A DNA stretch of 64,000 nt, from the NCBI GenBank assembly GCA_973851085.1, contig OZ316775.1, positions 17,050,001 to 17,114,000 on the forward strand, read 5' to 3'. Position 1 is the first letter of the stretch. The number at the start of each line of letters is the position of its first letter. The position numbers and the translations under genes are program-made. Under the pieces are notes generated by a model. That model did no database searches. It was not told the DNA's origin and saw only the letters and a list, made by a program, of their open reading frames with translations. The DNA is from Ptychomitrium polyphyllum. Its lineage: Eukaryota. Of the stretch, positions 38,479-52,784 are shown one piece after another.

Positions 38479-41400
38479 TTCAGAAGTGCTTGAAACACTA
38501 AGGGTACAAAGAGAACCCCGGAGTGACGTTCGGGACTTGTGGCGCCAATAGTGAGGAGAACCAAGTGGGCCTAGCGTGGGAAGCTCCCCTAGAGGAAGAA
38601 ACATCCTTGCCCATGTAGACCAAAGGCCACAAGAGATAAATCGTGGGCATTGGAGGAATCACAAAGAGCTGATTCTAAAATGCTAAAGATTGCCCGAATC
38701 GGATATGGGAGCTAAAAGTTATGGCATCCCAAAGTTGAAGTTGCCAAAGGGCTGTTCTTGACTGTGGCAGCCCTACACAGTGACTGTACTGGACTAGGAC
38801 AGTCCAGTGAGGGACTCCCCGGGAATCTCGAACCTTGGGAGAGGCGTATCTTCTACAATACTATCTCAAATTGGACGTTTGAGGAGTCTATCAACATCTA
38901 CGCAAAGAGTAGATGACAATAGAATGGTTTTTCAATACATCCGGGTACCAAATGAGGAAGATATGGCTCCCTGAAGGTCCGTAGGGAGTTCCGGAGGCTT
39001 CCAGCGGCTAAGTTCCAAGGGAGATCGGATGGTCTTCCAAAACTTTAGGTGTGTCGGGGTTCAGCCAACTACAGAGGGCCAGGGGGCCTGCCAAATTCCA
39101 CAAAGAGTAGTATACGGGAGAACTGGTCCCCCTCCCCACTCCTCTAGTGTCCCGGTACGAATCAAGGGTGAGCCCCGGTTGGTGGAACTAGTGTTGGGGC
39201 TTCACCACGGGGACTCCCACACCATTGTGAGCCGGTGGATGACCGGTTTTACAAAGGCAACTAGTGAGATCAAGAAGGCACGCTTGTTACCACTAAGTTG
39301 GGGTGGTGTCTTCACGTTGGCACCATGATGGCTTGGGGTGATCTTTGGATCACATGGGGATCATGAGTGGTGGTGAGGAGGCACCACTAAGTGCGGTTAG
39401 GCCGTGTGGAATGGGAGTAACACCAAGTGAGGCCTTGGATATGAATGGAAGTCCGCACCTAACCATTGGCTACCAATCAATTGGGTGTCCTAAGAAAAAT
39501 GGTAGAGAGATTTGGAAAGTGAGAATGGGAGTTAACCATGTGCATGTGGAGGTGTATAGGGTTGACGCGCGTGACGCTTGCTAAGGTATATTACAAGGGT
39601 TGCGACATTTGGTATCAGTGCAGGCTTTGAGTATCCAAGTACTACATTGCGAGGAAGCAATGGGTAAGAAGAAGGCCGGTGATGCCGGAGAGCTCGGGGC
39701 CTCTAAACGACTACGCACAAGGGTGAACAAAGACCCCGATCCGATTAATGAAGCTCCATCCTTTGATTCAAATGAGCAAGAAAATGACATTGGAGTCACC
39801 GAGGAAGTTGAGGAAACTCAACAAGACGAAGCAATAGAGGGTGGAGAGTACTCAAGAGCTAGGATTCATAAACCACCTGAGGGCCTAGAAGGTCAGGACT
39901 TGAGTTTTTGCATGAAAATGCTTAAGTTCATGGACGGTGTGAATCAAAAACTCAAGCGTGGCAAAGAAGAAAGGGCCCGTCAAGAGAAGTTGATTGAGCA
40001 CTTGATGGCACAAGGTTCCAGGCCCCCATCGTCAACCAAGAAGTTGGCCAAGGTGAATATGCCAAGCACTTTTTCTGGGCTAGGTAAAGCAAGGAAGGTG
40101 AAGGTATTTCTTTTGGAAATGGACAACTATTATGATGTTCAAAAGCCGGACGAGTTGGAAAAGGTTTCAATTGCGGTGGCCTTTCTAAAAAACCATGCTC
40201 TTCAATGGTGGACAAGTAAAAAGGAGCAAGAGCCAGAGTTGGTGGCAACTTTGTCTTGGGTCGGTTTCAAAGAGATTTTAAATGAACGCTTCTCTCCGAA
40301 ATACCAAGAATTGAGGGAGGGCATGAACTTGGTGCAAATGAGGCACACCGGGTCGCTCAAGATTTATGTGCGAGATTTCAACGCCCAAATGAATGCCACA
40401 TTCAAAATGGATGAGTTTTCAAAGAAATGCATCTTTTTGAATGGGCTTCAAAAGTGGGTGGTGGATGCTTATTCAAGTTTCCAAAGCCTCCGGAGGACTT
40501 GGCGGGAATTGTTAAGATTGCGGAAAGAATTCAAGCCGACGGATCCGAAAGAAAATCAAGTGGTCCCTCTCAACAAAGTGGATTGAGCCAAAATGTATCT
40601 TGCGGCGGAGAACGCAAGAAATTTGGCTTTGGAAACAAATACAAGGGACAAGTAGATAGAAGGGCCTACAACAAAGTAGACCATCATGAGAAAAAACCAT
40701 TCAAATTGGGAGATAAGGGTGCTAAGGTGAAGGACAAGCGTTGCCACGGCTGTGGCAAGATTGGTCACTTCATTGCAGAGTGCCTCAATAAAAAGGTGAG
40801 TACCAAAACTTGTCACACTTGTATTGTGGATCACATTTTAGAAGGTGGATTTGTGGCTAAGGCTAGTAGCCTTAAGCCAAGGTCGAGTCTCTTACACCTT
40901 GGGGCCCAAATAAATGGCAAAACTGTCTCATGTTTGATTGACACAGGGGCAACACACTCCTTCATGAGTTCCAAGCTAGCAAAGGAGTTGGGCTTGTTGG
41001 CTCAAAAAGCTAGCAAGCCCATCAACGTGCGATTTGCAAAAGGCAAATTGTACAAGACAAAGGAAGTGGTGTTGGATGTGGCCTTAAGTAGTGGGACATT
41101 GGAGTTGAAGGAAAGTTTTACACTATGTAAGATGGATGAGGTAGATCTCATTTTAGGTGATACCTTTTTTGAAACTCATGTGGTGGATGTGAAGCGAAAG
41201 CCAGCACGATTAGTAGTGCGCCGTGGTGGGAAGGAGGCAATATTGAAGTTGACAAGGACTCCTATGGTTGCGGGAGGAAAGTTGAACTTAGTCTCCTTAG
41301 ATCAATTAGAGAATAACCAATTTGTGGTTGTGATGCAAATGGAACAAGACAAAGGGAATAGGCCAAGTGCCAAGGAGGTAAGAACTACTCCCAAGTGCAT

Positions 41401-44400
41401 TCAAAATGTACTAAGTGGTTACAAGGATGTGCTCACCAATGAGCTGCCCGCAGAACTATCGCCAAGAAGAGAAGTAGATAACAAAATTGAAGTGATACCG
41501 GAAACGGAGCCCCCTTCCAAGGCTCCATACCGGTTGAACCAAAAAGAGCTAGAGGAATTGAAGAAGCAATTGAATGACTTGTTGGAAAGAGGCTATATTA
41601 GGCCAAGTAAGTCGCCATATGGAGCACCGGTCCTCTTCGTGGACAAAAAAGATGGCAAGCTCTGCATGTGTGTCAACTATAGAGCCTTGAATAAAGCCAC
41701 CATCAAGAACAACTATCCTTTGCCTCGGATTGATGATCTCTTTGATAGATTGGCGGGAGCTAAATACTTTAGTCGGATAGACTTGAAGTTGGGCTACTAT
41801 CAAATCTGCATTGCGGATGAAGATGTGCCAAAGACCGCATGCCGCACTAGGTATGGGTCCTATGAATTTTTGGTGATGCCATTCGGGTTGTGTAATGCTC
41901 CTTCGACGTTCACGACCCTCATGAATACCATCTTTTAAGAAGAGATGGATGACTTTGTCATTGTCTACATTGATGACATCTTGGTGTACTCCAAGTCGGC
42001 GGAGGAACATGCAAGGCACCTCGATGGTGGTACTTCAAAAACTTAGGGACCAATATGCCAGCGGAGAAAAGAGTGAGTTTGCTCATTTTGAGATTGAGTT
42101 CTTGAGCCATATAGTGACGGATGATGGAATCAAGCCGGATATAAGGAAGATAAAGGCAATTAGAGAGTGGAAACAACCTTCTACACAAAAAGGGCTGAGA
42201 TCATTTCTCGGCCTAGCAAATTATTGTAGGAGGTTCATACGCAATTTCTCCAATATTGCTAGACCTTTGTCCGACTTGTTGAAGAAAAGAGCTAGCCAAA
42301 TATGGGATGAATTTTGTCACCAAGATTTTAAGGAACTCAAAGATAAGTTGTCACAACCGTTGGTATTAAAGTTTCGCGAGTTTGAAAAGCCCTTTGAGGT
42401 CCACACGAATGCAAGTGACTTTGCCATTGGCGGAGTGGTCATGCAAGAAGGCATGCCAATTGCCTATGAGAGCATGAAGTTGGATGGGTGCCAAAAGAGG
42501 TGGCCCACGCATGAGAAAGACCTCTTTGCCGTAGTGCATTGTTTGAAAACATGGTGGCACTACTTGGGCCTACATAAAACCAAAGTCTACACGGACAACG
42601 TGTCCTTGAAGTACTTTGAGTCACAAGCACAAATGAGTACAAAGTAATTGAGGTGGCATGACACCTTGGCACTCATGAATGTGGATTTGATCCACAAGCC
42701 AGAGCGTGACAATATAGTGCCGGATGCTCTAAGTAGGCGGGAGGAGTTGCAAGCGATGGGCACAACCCAAGTCCTGCAAATAATATACAAGAAAGAAGGC
42801 AATTTGCAAAGGAAGATAAGAGAGGGGTACATGAAGGACTCCGAAGCACAAAGGCTTTTCGGTGAGCTTAAGAAGGGTAAGAAACTTAAGGAAATTTATT
42901 TGGAGAAGGGATTGCTCAAGTACAAACAAAGTCGGGTGTATGTGCCTCAAGGAAAACTACGGTTGTTGGTTTTGAAAGAAGAACATGATAGTCCCATAGC
43001 CGGCCATAAAAGGGAAAAAACCACCATAGCGACGGTGCTAAGAAGGTACTATTGGCCGGGCATGAAAGTAGACATCACCGACTTTGTGAAAACTTGTGTG
43101 AAGTGCCAACTCAATAGGGCCTCTTATCAAAAGCAAGCCGGTCTACTACAACCTTTGCCAATTCCACCGAGTCCATGGCATAGCGTGTCCATGGACTTCA
43201 TCACAAGTCTTCCGGAATTGCAAGGGCATGATGCCATCTTTGTGATGGTAGATTGCTTTAGCAAGTTGGCGCACATGGTACCAACTAGAGGAACCGTAAC
43301 TGCACATGAGACCGCAAAGCTATTCCTCGATGCATGGTGGAAACATCATGGGTTGCCGAGAGTGATTGTGTTGGACCAAGATCCAAAATTCACTAGTGCT
43401 TTTTGGAAACATTTCTTTAGAAAAGTTAGAACCAAATTGACGTTTAGCACTGCCTTCCATCTTCAAACGGATGGGCAAACAGAACAAATGAACGGAGCCT
43501 TGAACCAATACTTGAGGAACTTTGTGAGTGCGGACCAGTGCAATTGGATGGATTATGTGAGCCTAGCGGAGTTCAATTACAATGCGGCCAACCATTCGGC
43601 GACAAAGCAGTCGCCATTTAAGGTGGCTTATGGAGTGGAGCCACTCCAGCCTGCCAACTTAGCTCTCGAAGGGGCACATTCAACACTAGAGTTTAACCAA
43701 GATGGTGAGGACTTGGCCAAAAAGCAAGAACAAATGTTGGAGAAGACCAAGCTTTTGTTGGAAAAGACACAAAAGCGGTACAAAAAACAAGTCAATGCCA
43801 GAAGACGTGGAGTGGAATATGAAGTAGGCCAAAAGGTATTGTTTAATGTAAAGAACTTTAGCTTGCCTGAAGGCCTCACTCCAAAGTTCATCTCCAAGTT
43901 TGCGGGGCTGTTTTCCATTGTGGAGTGGATGTTTAAAGATGTGTAGAAGTTGGAGCTACCACCCAAAATCAAAGTGCACCCAACATTTCATATCTCACTC
44001 CTTAAGCCATTCAAAAAAGATACCTTGTGGTCCAATCGCAAACAAGTGATTTGGCCACCGCCGGAATTGGTGGGCGACCACTTGGAATACAAAGCAGAAG
44101 AAATTCTCAAGTGTAGGCACCACAAGAAAGTAGGAAAAGAGTATTTGGTGAAGTGGAGAAGGTACCATGAAAAGGAAGCAACTTGGGTAGCAGCCAAGGA
44201 CTTGGGAAATGCCAATGAAGTGGTGGAACGCTTTGAAAGGGATAGGAACTCCAACAAAAGACAACGTCGGCATTGATGAGGACATCAATTTCTTTTAGTA
44301 GGGAAAGAGAGACTTGTAGCAGTAACTTCTTCACATCATGCATTGGTTTTTTGACTTATGGCAATAAAGTTCAACTTTTGTGTGTGCAAAGAAAAGAGTA

Positions 44401-46210
44401 TAAGATGACGTCCTAGTCTTGTATTTGTGCTAAGTTGGTAGAAGAAGGGGAATAGACATGTGAAACCAAGTTTGAAAGGCCGAGTAATGGGGACCAAGGC
44501 TTGGAGGAGGAATGGTCAGAACCATGAAACTTCTTCGCCTCAAGCTTGTCCGAGCAAGGACAAGGTAATGGCGCGTGCTCATAAAAGCGCTTTTCCTACA
44601 AACTAACAAAAATTAGTGCATGGGAGTCATGAACCCATGTCTCAATAGAGATAGTGGGATCTAGGTTGGGCAGAACTTGGCATTACCCCCGTGCGATCAA
44701 GTCGTGGAATAAAAGCCACCTTCGGTTTGCAACCAAGACAACTTGGTGGAGCATCGAGGTCCATCCTAGTCAGGAAGGTAGAGTTAGGGAAGTGTAGCCT
44801 AATTGGAAAGTTTATCCCAAGAGAGTCTCAAAGTAGGTAGGTCTAGAGTAGTTTAGGGCCCCAAGAATTCTGTCTAGGGTGCTTAAATAGACCACCTCCT
44901 AAATGACACCTTTGAGACTTTGCCAAAGATTTATGAGTGCATTGTGGAGGTCGCACCTTGGATGAAACACAATGCTGCACCACTAGAGGATGGCAACCTT
45001 GGAATTGGTGTGCCAACTATAAGTATAGTCAATGAAGGCATCGACTCCATCAAGGTGGAGGTGAGTGTCGCGCACCTTTCTTTCAAGAGTGCCCAAAACA
45101 TTGAAGGCACAAGGGGGACCTCAAGGTGACGTCCGAAACTTGTAGCGCCAATAGTGAGGGGAACCGAATGGGCCTAGCGTAGGAAGCTCCCCTAGGGGGA
45201 GAAACATCCTTGTCCATGTAAACCGAGGGCCACAAGGGATAAATCGTGGGCATTGGAGGAATCACAAAGAGCTAATTCTAGAATGCTAAAGATTGCCCAA
45301 ATCGGATATGGGAGCTAAAAGTTATGGCATCCCAAAGTTGAAGTTGCCAAAGGGCTGTTCTTGACTGTGGCAGCCCTACACAGTGACTGTACTGGACTAG
45401 GACAGTCCAGTGAGGGACTCCCCGGGAGTCTCGAACCTTGGGAGAGGCGTATCTTCCACAATACTATCTCAAATTGGACGTTTGAGGAGTCTATCGACAT
45501 CTACGCAAAGAGTAGATGACGATAGAGTGGTTTTTTGATACATCCAAGCACCGGATGAGGAAGATATGGCTCCCTAAAGGTCCGCAGGGAGTTCCGGAGG
45601 CTTCCAGCGGCTAAGTTCCAAGGGAGATCGGATGGTCTTCCAAAACTTTGGGTGTGTCGGGGTTCAGCCAACTACAAAGGGCTAGGGGGCCTGCCGAATT
45701 CCATAGAGAGTAGTATAGGGGAGAATTGGTCTCCTTCCCCACTCCTCTAGTGTCGCGATACAAACCAAGGGTGAGTCCCGGTTGGTGGAACTAGTGTTGG
45801 GGCTTCACCACGGGGACTCCCACACCATTGTGAGCCGGTAGATGACCGGTTTCACGGAGGGAACTAGCACATTTAAAAGGGTACGCTTGTTACCACTAAG
45901 TTGAGGTGGTGTCTTCACGTCAGCACCATGATAGCCCGGGGTGATCTTAGGATAGCATGGGGATCATGAGTGGTGGTGAAGAGACACCACTAAGTGCAGT
46001 TAGGCCACGTGAAATGGAAGTAACACCAAGTGAGGCTTTAAACATGAATGGAAGTTTGTACCTAATTATTGGTTACCAATCAATTGGATGTCCTAAGAGA
46101 AATGGTAGAGGGATTTGGAAAGTGAAAATGGGGGTTAACCTTGTGCATGTAGGGGTGTATAGGATTGACGCGCATGACGCTTGCTAAGCTGCATTACAAT
46201 TGTTGCGATA
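38479..46210 (+). mobile_element. Ty3/gypsy chromovirus (family D), copy 2, non-functional. Truncated 5' LTR ~38464-39607 and 3' LTR 44315-46210
   Basis: PBS TGGTATCAGTGC at 39610 (tRNA-iMet-like, 1 mismatch), [27 protein letters not shown] at 41966-41977, RNase H, integrase HHCC/DDE and chromodomain EYLVKWRRY...ATW. PPT AGTAGGGAAAGAGAGA precedes TGTAGC. Stops at 41936, 42645 and 43944 and frameshifts at ~40470 and ~42020. Confidence 0.97.
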
Positions 46211-49200
46211 GCCCAACTGAAAGACCCTTTTCACTTCAAACGGCCGTTATTTTGTCTATGCTTCTCCAATTTTAGCGTTCTTTGGCTTGTTGAAAAGTTT
46301 ATAATTCCTTCTAAAAAATCCTTCGAAATTTTGGCTCCTACACTTGCAAAATGTGAGATTGACGGCCCAAAATATAAACCCTAGTTCTTGTAGTAACTTC
46401 CAAAGGACCCTCCACTAAATTGCTTGTATCTTCTTTGTTATAGCTCCAATTTAAGCATGCTTTGGCTTATTGAGAAGCTTATAATCTTTTGTACAAACTT
46501 GGCAAAGTTGAGCTCCTACACTTGCACAATGAAGGACTGATGGTCCAAAATCCAAATCGTAATTGTTGCCTTTCATGCTCCATTACTAACTTCTATTGCT
46601 CATTACTAACTTCTATTTGCTAAAAACTAAATGTGTCAACTAACTCCAAAACCTATTTTAAATACTTAGTTTCAAACTCTAACTTCAAAACCTAAATCTT
46701 TTTGCTTTTCAACACCCTCTCTTGCTGAAACTAAGGGTGTGCTCAGAACTAAACTTGCTTGAAAACCACTAAGTGATAAGCGTGTCTTTAGATGCTTTCA
46801 TGTCCCTTTTATATGAAACCTATCTTCTCTACTCCACTTAAATTGGTTGCTGAAATTTTTGAATCACTTGACCCTAATTCATACATTTATTTTTACCTAA
46901 ATGTAGCTGCTACTCTAAATTTAGCTCTGATCTATATTTAGCTAATTTTCAAGATTTAAGCTACTAATTTAAATATAATTACTATTCTATATTTAATCTC
47001 TATTTTAAATTAATCTATATCCCTAATATTTAGCTATTATTCTAAATTTAGTTGATATTCTAAATTTAACTATTATTTGAGATTTTGGCAGTTGTCACAA
47101 ATTTAGTTGCTATTCTAATTTCAGATGGTTTCTAGATTTCAGCAGCTAGTCTAAATTTAGCTATTATTCTAAATTTAGATATTTCTATTATTTTAATTTT
47201 AATACTACTCTAATCAATAATAATCACTTATCTAATTACCTCACTTCCTACTATCCAATTTTGAAAACTTGTTCATTTTTTTCTAATTCTCTCTATTTAT
47301 TGGACTTAACCATCATAGGCCATGAGCGTCTGCCCAAATTACATTAAAATCTCTTTAAAGATCAACCACGCCGTTAATATGGCCCTTTGACCTTAATTAG
47401 ACCTAATTCTATCTACAAGTATTGTTTTTTAGCGGTTTTTGAGAAAAAAACAACATAATGTCCTAATTTCATAGTTCACAGTAGGTCAAGCAACTCACTA
47501 CCAAGTGTGTGCAATATTGACAGTAGGTGAAGACAAGCGAGGTCCTCCATTGCTAGATGGAATACCCATACCAAAAGGCACGTGAACAACTAACAAAGAA
47601 TCGCCAGCGCCTCTATAATGTTTACACTACAATCTACAACCAGGACACCATTATTCACCATTACAAGCTAAACTTCCCAAGATAAAAAGACACTCATCTG
47701 GTGATAGTCTCTCCCGTCTTTCCTAGTATACAAGACTCAGATGACAAGTATTTTGAAGTCTAAATTTAGCCATCAATCAACCTTTGCCTAAAATTGCTCA
47801 AACTTCTCCATTATCTACCATTTCTTATTTCTTATCACTCAACACCAATCTCCATGCTCTCTCATCTTCTAATCCTCCTATTACTAATCTCTCTACTCTA
47901 TCTATCCAATGCCAATTCCTTCCTATTCCTTTTCTAGATGCAACTTGTGAGCCTAAATTAACCTTTGATATACAAAAAGCTAATTTAATTCACATAGTTC
48001 TAATTAGGCTATAGTTATCTAAGTTGCGTTGTAGTCCAAGGTCATATTTAATCAGATTATAATCAAATTCATAATTATTCAAGTCTTCTCATACATTAGT
48101 GAATATCTAACTAGAAGTGTAGTAAAATAGCTATGTGCTAAACTACTACTTGTTTACTACAACTCTAATGACTTAATATTTTAGAAGGCTTTATCCAGTT
48201 TGTTGGTTCTAATTTAAAAAGGTATTTTCTCTTATTTAGTGATCCAAACGACTAGCCACTAAACTATTATCCTATTCAATCTCACAACACTTTCCGCTTA
48301 AGGCGACAAGACCCCTTCACTCCAAATCAAATGCCACGTTCGCTTCACAGCTTCAAATCTTATGATCTTGGTGTCCATAGAACCGCAACTACTAAATCTA
48401 ACTTATTTCAAAATTTCAAAACCTAGTCTCTAAAGGTAAGAGAGAAAACAACCAAAATCTAAGAACATGTTTCAACTCTAAGTACGCGCAATGAAGTTGC
48501 GGACTATAGACCTTGTTGCACCAAATCAACCACCACCCACGCATTATAGTTCCAAATCATGTGATCTTGATGTGTATAGAATCTTCACAACTTAATCTAC
48601 CATTTTCAACAATTCTTGCTCTATTTGAAATTGTATGCACAATGATTTGCTCTCCCAAAGTTGAATATTTTGAATTGCGATTGTAGCCAACCTCTATCTA
48701 CTAAAAACACCGCCATTGTCTTCATCTTATTGAAATTGGGCGGCTTTTAGCTTGTTAGAATCCTTACTTCTTCTAATTCTTTTTTACAAAAATTCACTAT
48801 CATAACTACTATTGTTTGTTTGCAATCTTCTATCAAAGTTTTGGCATTCCTTACTTTCACCCTCACTTTCTTCTCCTACTTCTCTATTTGGCCACTTTTC
48901 TCTCTTTTGGCCACCTTTGTATATTTTAGCATTGTGCCCTAATTTTTGAATTCCAACACCTAATTTTAGACTAAGCCACCTTATTTCAATGACAAGGTGG
49001 GCTCCTAACCAACCTCAACCATTTCTAATTCCTTGCATTTACTTGGATGGTCATACTAACTTAACATATGTTCCAACCTACTTACAATTGACTTCAATCA
49101 ACTCATTTAAGTTTCCACTAACTAAATACTAACTTGTAACTAAATTTTTGTAGCTTATTATTGACTTGATTCTAACTGCTTGCAATGTCTTTTTTCTTTT

Positions 49201-49555
49201 CTTTTTGTACTTTGTTTGCATTTGATTATAGCAAGTGTTTTTCAATTCTTTTAACTGGAGGATATTCCTTTAAGACCACCTTTTTCAACTTGTTCAATTA
49301 ATTGTAATCCTTAGTGATTAATTATTCTAAAAACTAATTAAGTTTAACCACTAATTCACTTCTTTGCCATAAATAGTAGCTTCCATGATTTTTTGATATT
49401 TTTCATGAACCTAACTAGCCTAACCACCCTTAAGCTTAGTTAATTACAACAATGATTCTAATTAATACTATTATAAGTCTATTTTTTTGCAATTAATATT
49501 AATAATTAATAATTAATAAAAGTTGACCAATTGAGCCAATTCTTTGGCTTACACA
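46211..49555 (-). mobile_element. Family C element: complete LTR 49555-47966 (TG...CA) plus adjacent internal region to ~46211
   Basis: TGTGTAAGCC...TGTATATCA, 1590 bp, homologous to 32119-33707. The internal part is homologous to 18560-19385. Confidence 0.78.
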
Positions 49556-52500
49556 ATTACATGCACCTCTCTTCCTCATTCTGCTACGTTTCATCACGCC
49601 AAATATCTCAATGCCTTCAACTTCAGGAGATGTCCAATTAGATCAATTTTTGTGTTTTCAAAAGTAAACTTAGTCTAGAAAGGGAATAATATTACTGGGA
49701 TACCAAGTGTTATGCCTGGTACTACCGTACTTTCTTTACCAATCTCCTCCTATTGATACTAGCGGACATCCTCCAACAGTAACAATTGGATGATAAGAAG
49801 TACTTTGTTAGTTCAGAATAATAAATGTGTATCCACTTTTGTAGGAACTTGAAACTAGTACTTAAACATTCAACTAAAAAAGTTGAAGGTGTATTATATT
49901 TTGTTTTCCAATGAAAGAAGTTATACACTCCATTCCTTTTCTTTATCAGTTTTTTTTTTAGTGTATGTTTATATGCAATTTTTTTATCCTAACAAATTCT
50001 ATAGTAGTTTATAGTTACTCTTTAATACTGCTATATCTTTTTCATTTGGTAGTATAAACTATAAACTCATATATAGTGCTTTTCTCTTATCTAATGCTCC
50101 AAGTAAGGAATTACCAAGTCTTAGAATACTTGGTAATTACTAATCCAAGTACTGATATAGCAGACTTTTTCTAGGTAAGGATCTGTACAACAACACTATT
50201 AAGTTATTACTGACTTAGTAGTTACTAACCTTAATTATTACATACCTTATTTATAGTGCACTAGTGAAAACCTTGCCATATTATTAACCGGTGTAACTGC
50301 ATATGACAACATTCAAAGTTGTGTTTAGGGCTTGTTCTGTGGGAAGAAAATGAATTGGGTGAAGAAAAGGGCATTTGCACATTATGAATGGAAAAAAAGC
50401 ACAAGGAGCATATGTAAGAAGTTATTCACTATAGTGCGCATGAAATTCCATAATTATGCATAAATTGTTCCAAGTTCCATGATGGAACATAAATGTAAAG
50501 TCCTGTAGATAGGCGGTGCAAGAATGAAGAACCCTCTCAAAATGCCTTTCACAGGCATGGGCTCCAATTTATAATTGCCTTGCCAATAACTTTTTCTACA
50601 ATGAAGATGTGTCCATGGTTTTAGGTCTTTTTCTTTTGCTGTTCTCATTTTTTCTTTTCATGACATATTTCTCACTAATTTATCCATATTCTTTAAATTA
50701 TGCTTGCAAAATTTGGAAAACGTGGTCATTTTTAAAGTATTACCATTATAAACTTGCATTCCACTGCTCATTGCTGAATGCTCACATTTCATGGCTCACT
50801 CTATACATCTCATGGCTCACTGCTCACTATTCATCGTTCACTGCTCACATCATAATTACATCCCACATCTTTGATGTAATGGCATTTTATGCAGGTTTTT
50901 GTATAATTATATAAATAAACAATAAACAATAAAAATAAAAAAAATTAAATTAAAAGGTAAAACAACAAACAATAACCAATAAAAGGTAAAAACTAAACAT
51001 AAATATTAAAAAAATAAAATTATATTTAAAGTTTTTTAAAAGAAAGATAAAGAATAAAAAGCTAATAGTAAACAGTCAACAATCAATAGTCAAAAATCAA
51101 AAATATAAAAGCAAAAAAAGTAAAAAATAAGTAATAAAAGTAAAAATAATGATATAAATATAAAAGCCAATTATAAGTGCAAGCAAATAGGCAGACAAGA
51201 GGGATGGACAATTTAGAATTATAAGGCTTCTTTCATACTTTGTACAACAATTGAAAATCAACTAAAGTTTGGATTTAGATTTTTAAATTGATAAAAAATA
51301 AAACAAAATTCCAATGTTAAAAAAGTTAATGGATAATATATTTTGCATACAATATACTTTTATTTTTTAATCTCAAAATCAAACTCAAAGTGCTATTGCA
51401 ATTAATTTTTGATAATACATAAAATATAATTAAAATTTCCTTCATATAATTACAAATATTCTTGTCAAAAGACATTAGAATGAAGTTCTAATATAACAAC
51501 ATCACTAAATACTAATGAACAATGTATTGACGTTTAATGAAGAATGTAGTATTTGATGAAGTCATTAAATACTAACTTGAGCAATTAATTCTTACATAAA
51601 AATAGATTCATTTAATGTTCATTTTAATCTAAAAGAAATAAGCTTTGCTCTATTTTCGATTTGTATTCATTATTCATATTAAGATCAATATCATTTGATT
51701 ACATTCTTTTGATCTATTTTGATAGATTCTTCTTACAAAATATTCCAAATAATAAATTTAATTTTTTTTCAAAAATTGATAATGTACAAGTATTACGTGA
51801 GTAAGGTTTTTGTATAGCATATAAATAAAGCCCCATGTGGTTTCATACACAAGATGACTACATAATCTATAATTGAGTTTTTTTTAATTACATACTTTAC
51901 TCTTGATATCAATCATTTCTACTATGAGTTTAAGAATGTAAGGTGCCTCAATTTTATTAACAAACTCAAAATGGTTGAACTCATCTTAAGTCAATATCAT
52001 AAGGTAGATGTATAAAAATTTGTGACCATTAAAAGAAATGTGACTTCTACTTATTTTACAATCGACCATTAATGATTTCCAAAACCAACAAATAAAACTC
52101 CAACACCACTTGAATTCATCTATTCTTAAAGCTTTTATATCAATCCTATGAATCACTTTCCATGTGCTCCATTTCATGGGCATTTAATTACGGTTTTAAA
52201 ACATTATCAAACAAAACCTAAAAAATCATCATATACTATCCTAAAATTCCAAAAGAACATCTTCATCCAAAACATTTTTTAATTAATATTATTTTATTGA
52301 TAATAATTATGTTTGTGTGTACTCACTATTTAAGGTGACCATCACACTGAACATAAATTACCAAAAATAGTTCACCTATCCGTAGGCCTGGATGGGTTGC
52401 CAGTGAAACTGGCAGTGTGAGCACTGGACGGCATGGACTGGCACTCCCACGCGAACCGAATACGAGGCACGGACGGGTCCGAGGCTGGGCCCCATGCCCA

Positions 52501-52784
52501 TGCCCATGCTCGGGGGGGTCACCGGCTACAGGCCGTGGCAACAGCTGCCAGAAGGGAGCCGGAACAGGGTGCGAACGCACCCCCCGCGCGGTGTGAAGAG
52601 GGCACCGCAGCGGGCCACGCCCTAAACGGGCGAAGCCAGCGGCTGCTTGAAAGTGGCGAGCGTTGCGCCATGGCAGCTCTCTTTCACGCGCGCACTGCGG
52701 CCTGGGTCGCCACTCGCACGCCCGTCGCTGCCTCGCCGTCGCTGCCGCCCTTCCGGGGCTCCCGCTTGCTCCGCCACTGCCGCC

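Noticed and set aside
39029..39584. 99-aa and 79-aa ORFs within family D LTRs
   Set aside because: They lie in LTR sequence, the 99-aa frame is broken in the 3' LTR copy, and no domain is recognisable.
40427..40586. Programmed gag-pol frameshift or stop read-through in family D
   Set aside because: The frame change falls mid-gag (VVDA|LFKF) before the zinc knuckle, and the stops interrupt RT and integrase, so these are decay lesions.
49560..52300. AT-rich region with possible DNA-transposon relics and GCTCAC micro-repeats
   Set aside because: No terminal repeats or recognisable transposase motifs could be supported by eye.
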